Below, piece after piece: positions 39,092-47,968 of a stretch of DNA of 64,000 bases. The position numbers and the translations under genes were made by a program. Below the pieces are notes generated by a model. The model had not been told where the DNA came from, ran no database searches, and was given only the letters and a program-made list of their open reading frames with translations. The stretch lies in NCBI GenBank assembly GCA_050250895.1, contig JBFWNU010000001.1, positions 3,680,149-3,744,148 on the forward strand, read 5' to 3'. Numbering within the stretch: position 1 is the first letter of the stretch; each line of letters begins with the position of its first letter. Origin of the DNA: Vulcanimicrobiota bacterium (GTDB lineage: Bacteria; Vulcanimicrobiota; Xenobia; Xenobiales; JADMJV01).

Positions 39092-40824
39092 AACGAGAAG
39101 ACCTCCATCTCTTGTGTTCGACCCTTGAAGCTCTTGAGTCCTCGTGAAACGAACGGAAAACTATCATCGTGGCCCCGAGCCAGCTCGACGGTGGTGGCGC
39201 TGACCAGGATCGTTTCGCCCATCTGCCCGGCCGTGGCCTCGATGCGGGCGGCCAGATTGACGCTATCTCCGATGGCCGTGTACTCGCTGCGTTCCGAGCT
39301 GCCGATGTTGCCCAGCAACACCTCTCCGCTATGCAGCCCCATCTTGACGTGATAAAAGCCGGGAGGGGCGTCGGGGCGGTCGAGTTCAGCCAGGCGGTTG
39401 CGCATGGCCACGGCCGTGGCCACGGCGCGGGCGGCATGATCGTCCATAGGTTCGGGAGCCCCGAACAAGATCATGATCTCGTCGCCAATGAACTGCTTGA
39501 CCGTGCCGCCGTGGGCATCGACGATGGCCACCATCTCCTGGAAGTAGCGGTTGAGCATCGCCACCACCTCTTCCGGGGCCAGATTTTCGCAAGTCTCGGT
39601 GAAGCCGGTGATGTCGCTAAAGAGGATCGTCACCGTGCGGCGCTCGCCCTCGAAGCCCAGCTTCTCGGGGTGCTCGAGCAGGCTCTGCATGACCTGGCGA
39701 GAGACATAGCGTCCGAGCACGTCGCGCAGGTGGCGCCGCGATTCTCGCAGGCTCTGATACTGCAGCCCGAAGGCGGCGCTGCAGGTGACCACCAGCGCCA
39801 GCAGACCCGAGGTGAGTGGCCAGATGAGGCCGGTGGTGGCGAACATCATCAGGCAGATGGCCGTGTAGATACTGCCGACCACCGCCGCGGCCGAGATGCC
39901 CAGGCCCCCGCGCGAGCCCAGCCACAGTCCTAGGCCGACGAAGACCAGGTGAAGCAGCAAGGACGAGGCTGGCGTCAGGCGACGAAGGTAGTTACCGCTC
40001 AGCAGCGTGTGCAGAGCCGCGCCGTGGATCTCCAACCCCGATTTCTCGCCCAGCGGGGTGGCGTGGACGTCGCCATCGTCTTCGCCTGGACCGATCAGGC
40101 AAACCTTGCCTTTTAAGTCCAGGCGGGGCAAATCGAGCAGGTGCGAAAAATTCAGCCACTGGAACCGGCTGGGGTAGTTGATCAAGAGGGCTCCCCGTTC
40201 GCTGGGAACCTCGTCGGGGGTGAGAGGCTGGTCGAGGGCCAGTTCGGCCAGCCGTCCCGAGAACAGCTTCAGAGTGCGATCGCGCTCGGAAACAATCATC
40301 GGCAGTCGCCGCACCTTCTCGTCGGGATCCACCTGCAGATTGGCGAAGGCGAGATTGCCCATGGCATCGGCGGCCAGGTCCAGTTGAGGGGCCGACCGGG
40401 CGTTGCGGGTGCCCGACTGGGCCAGTTCGACCAGCACCACCGGGTTCTCTAACACCGTCATGCCCAGGCTCTCGAGCTGGCTTTGCAAAGTCGTGGCGAC
40501 GGTCGAGTCGAGATTTTGATAGGGGGGATTGAAGAACACATCCACTCCTACGGCGACCGCTCCATTGGCCAACAGATGCTCGATGACCCGCCGGTAGTCG
40601 TCGCCCCAGAAGGCTGTCGGTTTGCCCAGTTTGCGCAAGGTTCTCGGGTCGAGCGGGATGAGCACGATACGCGAGTCGGCCTCGGGTGCCAACCGCCAGG
40701 CCTGGCGGGTCACCAGCATGAGGTCCAGGTCCCGCCGCTGCAGCGGAATGAGCCAACCCAGAGCGGCCGGAATGCTGACCATCAGGCCCAGAGCAAGCAC
40801 AATCAGGCGGGCTGTCCAGGACAT
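39088..40824 (-). CDS. CHASE2-domain class III adenylate/guanylate cyclase
   Basis: AVGVDVFF, DPDEKVRR, GLEIH, three TMs, ILFSDITGFT, KQFIGDEIM, GDSVNLAARIE. Confidence 0.92.
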   Translation of the reverse strand: MSWTARLIVLALGLMVSIPAALGWLIPLQRRDLDLMLVTRQAWRLAPEADSRIVLIPLDPRTLRKLGKPTAFWGDDYRRVIEHLLANGAVAVGVDVFFNPPYQNLDSTVATTLQSQLESLGMTVLENPVVLVELAQSGTRNARSAPQLDLAADAMGNLAFANLQVDPDEKVRRLPMIVSERDRTLKLFSGRLAELALDQPLTPDEVPSERGALLINYPSRFQWLNFSHLLDLPRLDLKGKVCLIGPGEDDGDVHATPLGEKSGLEIHGAALHTLLSGNYLRRLTPASSLLLHLVFVGLGLWLGSRGGLGISAAAVVGSIYTAICLMMFATTGLIWPLTSGLLALVVTCSAAFGLQYQSLRESRRHLRDVLGRYVSRQVMQSLLEHPEKLGFEGERRTVTILFSDITGFTETCENLAPEEVVAMLNRYFQEMVAIVDAHGGTVKQFIGDEIMILFGAPEPMDDHAARAVATAVAMRNRLAELDRPDAPPGFYHVKMGLHSGEVLLGNIGSSERSEYTAIGDSVNLAARIEATAGQMGETILVSATTVELARGHDDSFPFVSRGLKSFKGRTQEMEVFSL

Positions 40825-40911
40825 TGGCGCATTATCTCATGCAGGCCTTGGCCTGTCCACTAGCAGTCACCTGATCAGTTTAGAAGCAAAAACGCGTGCC
40901 GTATGTGATCG

Positions 40912-40966
40912 TTGACACGAGAGGTCTTCTAATGATATTTTTAGGTTGGTTGACCAATTAATAAAT
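40912..40966 (+). promoter_or_regulatory. Sigma70 promoter with overlapping palindromic (TetR-type) operator
   Basis: TTGACA-18-TATTTT with extended TG; ATTTTTAGGTTGGT-TG-ACCAATTAATAAAT inverted repeat at 40937-40966. Confidence 0.6.
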
Positions 40967-40980
40967 GGGAGTTTAGAATC

Positions 40981-42369
40981 ATGCAGACCTGTTTTACTCT
41001 CGACGACGTGTTGACGCCCGATGAGTGTCGGCACTTCATCCAGGCCGCCAGCTATCGTCCCACCGGTCAGGACTATCCTGCCAGCTATCGCGACAACGAT
41101 CGGCTGGTGCTCGACGACCCGGGCCTGGCCGAGCGGCTGATGGAGCGGTTGCGCGCCCATTTGCCCCCGGTGTGGCCAGCTCCGGGAGGAGGCCAGTGGC
41201 AGCTCGATCGACTCAACTCCCGCTTTCGCGGCTGCCGCTACCGTGATGGCCAGCAGTTCTCACGCCACCGCGACGGAGCCTATTGCCCGGATGCCTATCA
41301 CCGCAGTTTCCTCACCGTCATGGTCTATCTCAATGAAGGCAGCGAGTTCGATGGGGGCTCGACCCGCTTTTATCCCGACCGGTGGAGTTCTCAGCCCTGT
41401 CTGACGGTTGCCCCCCGCCGCGGTACCGGGGCCGTCTTCGAGCACTCGTTCTGGCACGACGGCCAGGCGGTGAGCCGGGGCACCAAATACGTTCTGCGCA
41501 CCGACGTGATCTATCGCAGTCAGACTCCTCAGGCGGGTCATCTTGGCTATGTCTGGGACCTGCTCGAGCTACCCGATGGGCGCATCGCCAGCGCTTCGCG
41601 CGACCAGACCGTGAGGTTGTGGAACCGTGACCTCGAACCGTTGGCCGTGCTCGCCGGGCACCAGGCTTCGGTGACGGCCCTGGCCTGGTTCGGTCAGCAG
41701 CTGTGGAGCGGAGGCCGGGATCGCCAACTCATCCGCCGGGATTCGAAAGGCCAGCCGCTGCACAGCTTTCAAGCCCACGGGGGGGCAATCCTGACTCTCC
41801 TGGCCAGCCCCGACGGGTTGTATAGCGCGGGGGCCGACGCCAGGGTCTGCCTGTGGTCCGAGCGGGGCGAGTTGATCGCCAGCTTTGCTTGCCCGAGCTG
41901 GCCCTGGGCGCTGCTGTTGACGGACGAGGGGCTGTGGGTGGGCTGCGAGACGGGTCATCTGCGCCTGCACCACCCTCGCAGCGGCCGGTTACTGCGGGAA
42001 TGGCTCAGTCCTTCGGGAGTGCTCAGTCTGGCCGGCGACGGCCCGAGGCTGCTGGCTGGCTGTCAGGACGCGGTCATTCGAGCCTTCGCTCCCGATGGCA
42101 GCGCGACTTGCCTGGTGGGCCACCGGGGCCCGGTTAGCTGCCTGGCTCGCTCGCCCCGGGGACTGCTCTCGGGCGGGCAAGACGACGGCATCCGCCTGTG
42201 GTCGGGCCAGTTTTCGCAAGAACTCGGCCGGCGCGGGGACTTCGTGCGCAAAGTCTTACCGCTGGCTGACGGCCGGCTGGTGAGCGCCGGCTATGATGGT
42301 CTGGGCCTGCTAGCGTGGCCAGGCCACATGCAGGTGGGTGGAATGCCCACGATGGCCGGGTCCGAGTAG
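40981..42369 (+). CDS. 2OG-Fe(II) prolyl-hydroxylase-like oxygenase fused to WD40 repeats
   Basis: HRD...YLN...HDG...KYVLRTD; GH...SASRDQTVRLW repeats. Confidence 0.85.
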   Translation: MQTCFTLDDVLTPDECRHFIQAASYRPTGQDYPASYRDNDRLVLDDPGLAERLMERLRAHLPPVWPAPGGGQWQLDRLNSRFRGCRYRDGQQFSRHRDGAYCPDAYHRSFLTVMVYLNEGSEFDGGSTRFYPDRWSSQPCLTVAPRRGTGAVFEHSFWHDGQAVSRGTKYVLRTDVIYRSQTPQAGHLGYVWDLLELPDGRIASASRDQTVRLWNRDLEPLAVLAGHQASVTALAWFGQQLWSGGRDRQLIRRDSKGQPLHSFQAHGGAILTLLASPDGLYSAGADARVCLWSERGELIASFACPSWPWALLLTDEGLWVGCETGHLRLHHPRSGRLLREWLSPSGVLSLAGDGPRLLAGCQDAVIRAFAPDGSATCLVGHRGPVSCLARSPRGLLSGGQDDGIRLWSGQFSQELGRRGDFVRKVLPLADGRLVSAGYDGLGLLAWPGHMQVGGMPTMAGSE

Positions 42370-43692
42370 CTCGGTCGCGCCGATTTTGCGGGCGTCGCGC
42401 AGAAAGGCCTTCCAGTAAGGGTTACTGGCGTTGACGGGGCGGCCGTTGATGCGGTCGATATCGAAACCTATGCCGGAGTAGTGGCGCGAAGACCGGCTGT
42501 GGCTTCCGCCCGCGATCTCGGTCACGCGGAACTTGTATTTCTTGCTCAGCTCCAGCATGCCCTTGAGCATCTGGGGGCTCAGCTTGACGTTGCCGCCGGG
42601 GGCGTTGCCATACCGGCTTCGGTTTACGGCGCCGCCGTTGGCCGCCGACTTGATGTTGGCCAGGGCGTTAGCGTCGTCTTTCACGCCGCTGACATGGCTA
42701 CCCAGCAGGTCGATGCGGTCGGAGTTGAGGATGCGCTGGGCCAACTGGGCAGTGGTGCCGCTGGTATCCACATCGGTCTGATCGACCTTGCCGCCCTGAT
42801 CGGTGCCATTGGGCTTGCGCCCGCCCGAGGGTGGCTTCTCGCCGTTTAACACCGCCTGGGTGTCGGGGCCCACCACTCCGTCGGGGTCGAGGTTGTGCTT
42901 TTTCTGGAAGTCGCGCACGGCCCGTTCGGTATCACGCCCGAACTTGCCATCGACATCGATGTCGGCTCCGTTTTTCTTGAGCAGCTCCTGGAGCTGAGTG
43001 GTCCTTTCGGCATCGGGTTGGCGACCTCGGCCCAGACGCTGGCCCTCGCCCAATTCGAACTTGGACGCAGGCTTGGGCTCTTGGCCAGTGGTCTGGCCCT
43101 GGGTCTGATCAGGCTTGACCTCGGGGGTCGCGCCCTGAGCTTGCTTGGCCCCCAGCCCGTTGAGCTTGCCCTGCGTTTCGGGACCGACGATCCCGTCGAT
43201 CTTGATGCCCTGTTTTTTCTGAAAGTCGGCCACCGCCTTCTGGGTGTCGCGTCCATAGATGCCGTCGACATCGAGGTCCTTGGCGCCGTTTTTCTTGAGC
43301 ATCTCCTGGACGGTGCGGGTCTGGTCGGCGTCGGCCTGGCCGCGCTTGAGCAATTCTCCGTCCTTGAGCTGCAGCTGGGGGGCCTGCGGAGCATCGGCCT
43401 TCTGAGGAGTGGTCTGGCCGGCCGGAGCGTCGGTCCTGGCTTTGTCGCCAAAGCCAAGGGTGTCCATGGCTTTGTCGTAGGTGGTGCTGGCCCAGTTCAT
43501 GATGCCACCGACCAGGCTTCTACCCTCGGTGCTGGGCGCTTTGCCGGGGCCATCGACCTTGACCTTGTCGGTGGCGCCGGCCTGAGTCCTGGGAGCCGTC
43601 CCAGCCTGGCGGGGCCTGGTGGTGGACGCGGTGGCCGGTCGGCGGGTGGGTGTCGGCGGGGCCTTCTTTTGGACGGTGGGGGATTTGGACAT
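42310..43692 (-). CDS. Peptidoglycan-binding protein (two PG_binding_1 domains) with C-terminal M15-like Zn peptidase
   Basis: DGIYGRDT...DGIVGPET and DGKFGRDT...DGVVGPDT; SRHYSGIGFDID and HLHV (LAS motifs); no Sec signal. Confidence 0.8.
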   Translation of the reverse strand: MSKSPTVQKKAPPTPTRRPATASTTRPRQAGTAPRTQAGATDKVKVDGPGKAPSTEGRSLVGGIMNWASTTYDKAMDTLGFGDKARTDAPAGQTTPQKADAPQAPQLQLKDGELLKRGQADADQTRTVQEMLKKNGAKDLDVDGIYGRDTQKAVADFQKKQGIKIDGIVGPETQGKLNGLGAKQAQGATPEVKPDQTQGQTTGQEPKPASKFELGEGQRLGRGRQPDAERTTQLQELLKKNGADIDVDGKFGRDTERAVRDFQKKHNLDPDGVVGPDTQAVLNGEKPPSGGRKPNGTDQGGKVDQTDVDTSGTTAQLAQRILNSDRIDLLGSHVSGVKDDANALANIKSAANGGAVNRSRYGNAPGGNVKLSPQMLKGMLELSKKYKFRVTEIAGGSHSRSSRHYSGIGFDIDRINGRPVNASNPYWKAFLRDARKIGATELLGPGHRGHSTHLHVAWPR

Positions 43693-43767
43693 CGAACGCT
43701 CCTGAGGGGGGTTTGTATTCACACTATCAGGAGCGTTTGGATTCGTTTTTGGGATCGGCTGGCAGAA

Positions 43768-43784
43768 TGTTAAATCTTTGTTAA
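43768..43784 (-). promoter_or_regulatory. Direct-repeat box TTAACA-N5-TTAACA
   Basis: 41 bp upstream of TGaTAGTGT -10 (43721-43726) preceding the PG peptidase. Confidence 0.6.
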
Positions 43785-44336
43785 AAGCCCGCCGGCCATG
43801 CGCCACACCGCCTCGAAGGCAAATCCGACGGGCACCAACTCCGGGGCGGCCGAGGCCAGTTGATAGCACCCTTCGATGGCGGCCAGAATGGCCACAGCGT
43901 CGGTTTCGGGACGAGGGGTCAAGGCGGCCAGAATGGTCTCGAGTTCAGCCTTCTGCTCGGCCAATAATTGTTGATAGACGGCGGCCACCTCGGGTTGCCG
44001 CAAGGCCTCGGCCCCGATGCTGACCCAGCATGCCACGGCTTCGGGATCGGCATCGGGGCCCCGGGCCAGCCGGGCCTCGATAAAGGCCCGCAGCTGCTCC
44101 TTGGGGTGGTCGGCAGGCTGTTGGCGTGCCCGCACCTGCTCCCGGAGTTCGGCAATCAATTCGAGCAAAATCGCTTGCTTGGAAGCGAAGTGGTAGTGGA
44201 CCAGACCCGAAGTCAGCCCGGCCGCTCTGGCAATGGACGCGATGGTGGCTTTTTCATAGCCCCGCTCGGCCAGCACCTGACGCAAGCCGGCCACGATCTG
44301 CCGGCGCCGGCGGTCGGTATTCTTGGGGCGGGGCAT
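43770..44336 (-). CDS. TetR family regulator (BetI-like)
   Basis: GYEKATIASIARAAGLTSGLVHYHFASK HTH. Confidence 0.9.
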   Translation of the reverse strand: MPRPKNTDRRRRQIVAGLRQVLAERGYEKATIASIARAAGLTSGLVHYHFASKQAILLELIAELREQVRARQQPADHPKEQLRAFIEARLARGPDADPEAVACWVSIGAEALRQPEVAAVYQQLLAEQKAELETILAALTPRPETDAVAILAAIEGCYQLASAAPELVPVGFAFEAVWRMAGGLLTKI

Positions 44337-44374
44337 CGCCGCGCCTTCGCGACTTGGAGGGATCTCTCCTCACT

Positions 44375-44391
44375 TTCACGGACCGTTAACA
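44375..44391 (+). promoter_or_regulatory. Direct-repeat box TTCACG-N5-TTAACA
   Basis: 20 bp upstream of TAGGCT (44412-44417). Confidence 0.5.
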
Positions 44392-44435
44392 TTTGGCCCT
44401 TCCCGCCCCGTTAGGCTGAGGCCGAGGTACAGGTC

Positions 44436-45161
44436 ATGCAAGTTTTCGGAAGCGCCCAGCAGTGGTGGGCCCAAAACGTCAGCGGCGGTCGTTCGGATTT
44501 CGCCAGTCAGGCCGGTAAAGGCGCGGCCATCGGCGGCGGAGTCGGTGCGGCCGTGGGAGCGGCTGCGGCTGCCCACAATGTGCTCGCGGATCAGCCCTAT
44601 TTCGACTCGGTCACCCACCTCACCCCCAGGGCCGAGTTGGGTCCGGCTGCCACTCAGGTCTTCGGCGCCGACACCGCACGGCTACTCGAGCTGGTGCGCT
44701 CTCGTTCGGGAGATACGACTTCGGCCGACGATAGCCTCAAATATCTGGCCTATCTGCAGAATCAGACCCCGGCCACCTCGCCCAACGACCTGACCGGCAT
44801 CTACAACGCGCTCGAAAATCAGTTGAGTGACGACACCCAGGTGCGCTCGGCCCTCAACCTGATTACGGCCCACGTGGCCAAGCACGGCTCGTCACCGGTC
44901 GAGGCCTTTCGCCAATTCGTGCACCACACCCAGTGGGAGACCGACTTCGAGCGGGCGGCCGATAGCTTTGCCCGGGCCAGCAAGCTGGGCCAGGACGACC
45001 TCAACGAGGTCTCGGTCGAGCTGGTCCAACGCCACACCACCGCCCTGGGCCATCTGGGTCTGGCCCGCGGCGTGCTGCTGGGGGCCGGGGCCGGGGCTTT
45101 GACCGGCGCCCTGGTGGGCGGCGCCGCGGGGATCCTTATCCACGTGGCGACCAGTCAATAA
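44436..45161 (+). CDS. Hypothetical protein with N- and C-terminal glycine zippers
   Basis: GKGAAIGGGVGAAVG and GVLLGAGAGALTGALVGG. Confidence 0.7.
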   Translation: MQVFGSAQQWWAQNVSGGRSDFASQAGKGAAIGGGVGAAVGAAAAAHNVLADQPYFDSVTHLTPRAELGPAATQVFGADTARLLELVRSRSGDTTSADDSLKYLAYLQNQTPATSPNDLTGIYNALENQLSDDTQVRSALNLITAHVAKHGSSPVEAFRQFVHHTQWETDFERAADSFARASKLGQDDLNEVSVELVQRHTTALGHLGLARGVLLGAGAGALTGALVGGAAGILIHVATSQ

Positions 45162-45179
45162 ATCCTGTAGACTGGGGCT

Positions 45180-47054
45180 ATGTCTCCCCGCCGCGGAAAC
45201 ATTCTGCTGACGGCCATCTTCATCGCTGTCTTCCTGTTTTTCGTTTCCGTGGCCCTGGTCTCGACCAATCGCGTCGACCTGCGTCTGTCGCTCAATTCCG
45301 AGCTGCGCCTGAAAGCGCGGTCGGCGGCCCGGTCGGGCGGCCACTACGCCTATGGAGTGATGCGCGCCGACCCCAACTGGCGTAGCTTGCTCGACGACTA
45401 TCAAGAGACGATGGATTCGGGGGCCACCTTCTATCTCCACATCTTCGAGTATCGCGAGCAGGGCGAGGCGGGGGTCTCCAAATACGAGATCGTCTCGAAG
45501 GGCATCCTCAACGGAGTCAGCGAGACCTATCGCATGATCGTCGAAGAGACCCGGCCCGCCGAGAACGTGGGCAGTGGCCGGGCCCCATTTCTCTTTCTGG
45601 GTCAGGGCAGCGTCATTACTCCCGACTTCAAGAACACGGCCCTGCCCGCTCCTTCTGAGGAACTGACCAACCTGGCCGCCGCCGGAGGGCCGGTCTTTGC
45701 CGCTTCAGGCAAGCTCCCCAGCGACGTCATCGTGGCCGACTTCATTCCGACTCGCCAGGACGGCAAGGTCTACGCCGGGCCGCAAGTGGTCTATACCGAA
45801 CTTCCCGATACCGAGCAGTTAGTCGAGTTGGAACTGGCCGGTTCCCAGTTTGCCTGGAGCGACCTTGAGGACGTGTCCAAAGCTCTGGCCAAGAACTCTC
45901 TCAGTCCCGAGAATCTACCCCAACCCATCGCGGCCTTGACCGTCCCTTCGGCCGACAAGTGGTCGCACATAGCTTTCGCCAATGCCGGCACCCTGGATGA
46001 GCCCAACATTCGCAAGACCGTATGGTTCGAACCCCGTCCCGGCACGGGTGGGGAACAGATCACCGTCAAGATTGCCAGCGAAGTGCTGGCCCCGTCGGGT
46101 CAGGGCCAGGAGTGGGCGTCGGTCCCCCGGCGCCAGCCGGTCGAATGGTACACGGTGCGGCCCGACGCAGGCCGGGCGGCCGTGGGCGACAAGCTGCTGC
46201 TCTTCGGCTTCCACTACATCTTTTTCCAGTATCGCGAGGGCGGCGATGCACCTTTTGGCAATCTGCTGGTGCGCTGGCCGGCGGTGCTAGCCTATAGCGG
46301 TCAGCGGTGGAGCCCTGTCTGGGACCCGCTGCAGTTAAACGGCGACAGCTATAGCGTGCAGGGCGAAGTTTATCCCGACCTCGACGTGCTGGCCGCCGAT
46401 GCCAGCGGCGTCTGGGCCACCCGAGCCCTCTCCTCGAGCGAGTTCGAGGTCTATCAGCTTAACGAGCGTCAGGCTACCCTGGTGGGGCGCTTCGAGGGCA
46501 ATCGTACCTCGCTGCTGCGCTACCACGGCCGCCTCTACACGCACGAGACGGTAGGCGAGTGGCGCGAGGACGGCAAACCCCGCTACGGCTTGCGAGCCGT
46601 GCCAGGAGGCGAGGTGCTGACCCCCTATGGAGAACTCGACGCCCGCATACCGGCTATCACGGGCTATCGCTACAGCCAGGAGCAAGGCCTGACCGAGGCC
46701 ACGCTGGACCGACGGCGCATCGTCTATGCCTCGCTCGGCGACCAGCCTTCCGCCTTCGGCACTAACGGCAAAGAACTCTGGTGTCAGGGAATCGTGCGCG
46801 AGTGGGTGGACCCGTCCACCCAGAGCGAGGCCATCTATCAGGCCAAGCCCGCGGGGATCACCGAGACCCCGGTCATTTTGCGCTACAACGGCCAACGCTG
46901 GGAGGTCTGGCCCCACGGCATCATGGCCGCCGCCGACCGCGGCTTGCAAAGCGTCACCGGTCCTGACGTGCTGCCGGCCAGTTATCCCTCTGCCCAGAAA
47001 GTGAGGTCTCGCTATGCGGTTATCGCGATTTCGGACCAACGTTTCGAAGAGTAG
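45180..47054 (+). CDS. PilX/PilY-like prepilin protein with large beta-rich domain
   Basis: RRG|NILLTAIF plus TM, ARSAARSG. Confidence 0.65.
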   Translation: MSPRRGNILLTAIFIAVFLFFVSVALVSTNRVDLRLSLNSELRLKARSAARSGGHYAYGVMRADPNWRSLLDDYQETMDSGATFYLHIFEYREQGEAGVSKYEIVSKGILNGVSETYRMIVEETRPAENVGSGRAPFLFLGQGSVITPDFKNTALPAPSEELTNLAAAGGPVFAASGKLPSDVIVADFIPTRQDGKVYAGPQVVYTELPDTEQLVELELAGSQFAWSDLEDVSKALAKNSLSPENLPQPIAALTVPSADKWSHIAFANAGTLDEPNIRKTVWFEPRPGTGGEQITVKIASEVLAPSGQGQEWASVPRRQPVEWYTVRPDAGRAAVGDKLLLFGFHYIFFQYREGGDAPFGNLLVRWPAVLAYSGQRWSPVWDPLQLNGDSYSVQGEVYPDLDVLAADASGVWATRALSSSEFEVYQLNERQATLVGRFEGNRTSLLRYHGRLYTHETVGEWREDGKPRYGLRAVPGGEVLTPYGELDARIPAITGYRYSQEQGLTEATLDRRRIVYASLGDQPSAFGTNGKELWCQGIVREWVDPSTQSEAIYQAKPAGITETPVILRYNGQRWEVWPHGIMAAADRGLQSVTGPDVLPASYPSAQKVRSRYAVIAISDQRFEE

Positions 47055-47427
47055 CCTGGGCTTTAGCCTGCTCGAGCTGATGCTGGCCATCCTTTTCATC
47101 AGCATCGCTTTGTTCGGCTATGTGGCCTTGCACACGCGGATCTTGCATTCGGGCACTCGCCTGCAAGAGCGCGAGCTCGCTCGTCGCACCGTGGCCAACG
47201 TGTGGGCCATCGACCAGGTTCGGCTGATCAACGGGTTGCACGCCGGCGTGCGGGGTAACACCCTCGAACCCGTTCCCGACGTGCCCGACCTGCGTAAGAT
47301 CACCATGGACGCTCCCGCCCTCAATCCTTTTCCACCCTGGGTCGAGGCACCGAAGGTGCTGACCGAGGCCCTGCCTTATGAGGTCGATTGCTACATCCTG
47401 TCCAAAGGCGAAGAGCTGTCGTGGTGA
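47014..47427 (+). CDS. PilV-like prepilin protein
   Basis: G|FSLLE plus TM. Confidence 0.72.
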   Translation: MRLSRFRTNVSKSSLGFSLLELMLAILFISIALFGYVALHTRILHSGTRLQERELARRTVANVWAIDQVRLINGLHAGVRGNTLEPVPDVPDLRKITMDAPALNPFPPWVEAPKVLTEALPYEVDCYILSKGEELSW

Positions 47428-47966
47428 AACGGGGCGTCACCCTGCCCGAACTGCTCGTCGCCATGCTCTTGTTTAGCATGGTGCTGGTGGTGGTGCTGGG
47501 CTTCTACGGTCAGGCCTGGCGGGTTTCGCAGGCGCGCGAGGAAGATTCGCGCCAGTTTCGGCGTGCCATCACGGCCCTGGACCGCATCGAGATCACCCTG
47601 CGCACGGCCAAGGTCTTTCAGGTCAATGCTAATGCCGTGGTTTTTGCCGAGTTGGACAAGCCCGAGGTCTTTCGTGGCTTTCCCAACTGGAAGGCCGAGG
47701 GGGCCTTGTTGGCCGTCATCGACGGCCAACTCTTCATCCGCCGGGGTGATGTTATCACGCCCATCGCCACTCTCGAGCCCGGCGAGAGCGTGGTCTTCTC
47801 CTATCAACGCTGGAAACCGCCGCCAGAGAAGATCGGTGAAGAGCTGCTCCGGGTCGACTGGCATTATGAGCCGCCCAAGAAGGATGCTGCCGCCTTTAGC
47901 TACAATCGGATGATTCCGATGGAACGCTACTCCAAGACCTGGGATACCGGTCAAGACCGTCAATAG
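47424..47966 (+). CDS. PilW/GspJ-like prepilin protein
   Basis: KRG|VTLPE plus TM; GTGA overlap. Confidence 0.72.
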   Translation: MKRGVTLPELLVAMLLFSMVLVVVLGFYGQAWRVSQAREEDSRQFRRAITALDRIEITLRTAKVFQVNANAVVFAELDKPEVFRGFPNWKAEGALLAVIDGQLFIRRGDVITPIATLEPGESVVFSYQRWKPPPEKIGEELLRVDWHYEPPKKDAAAFSYNRMIPMERYSKTWDTGQDRQ

Positions 47967-47968
47967 CC

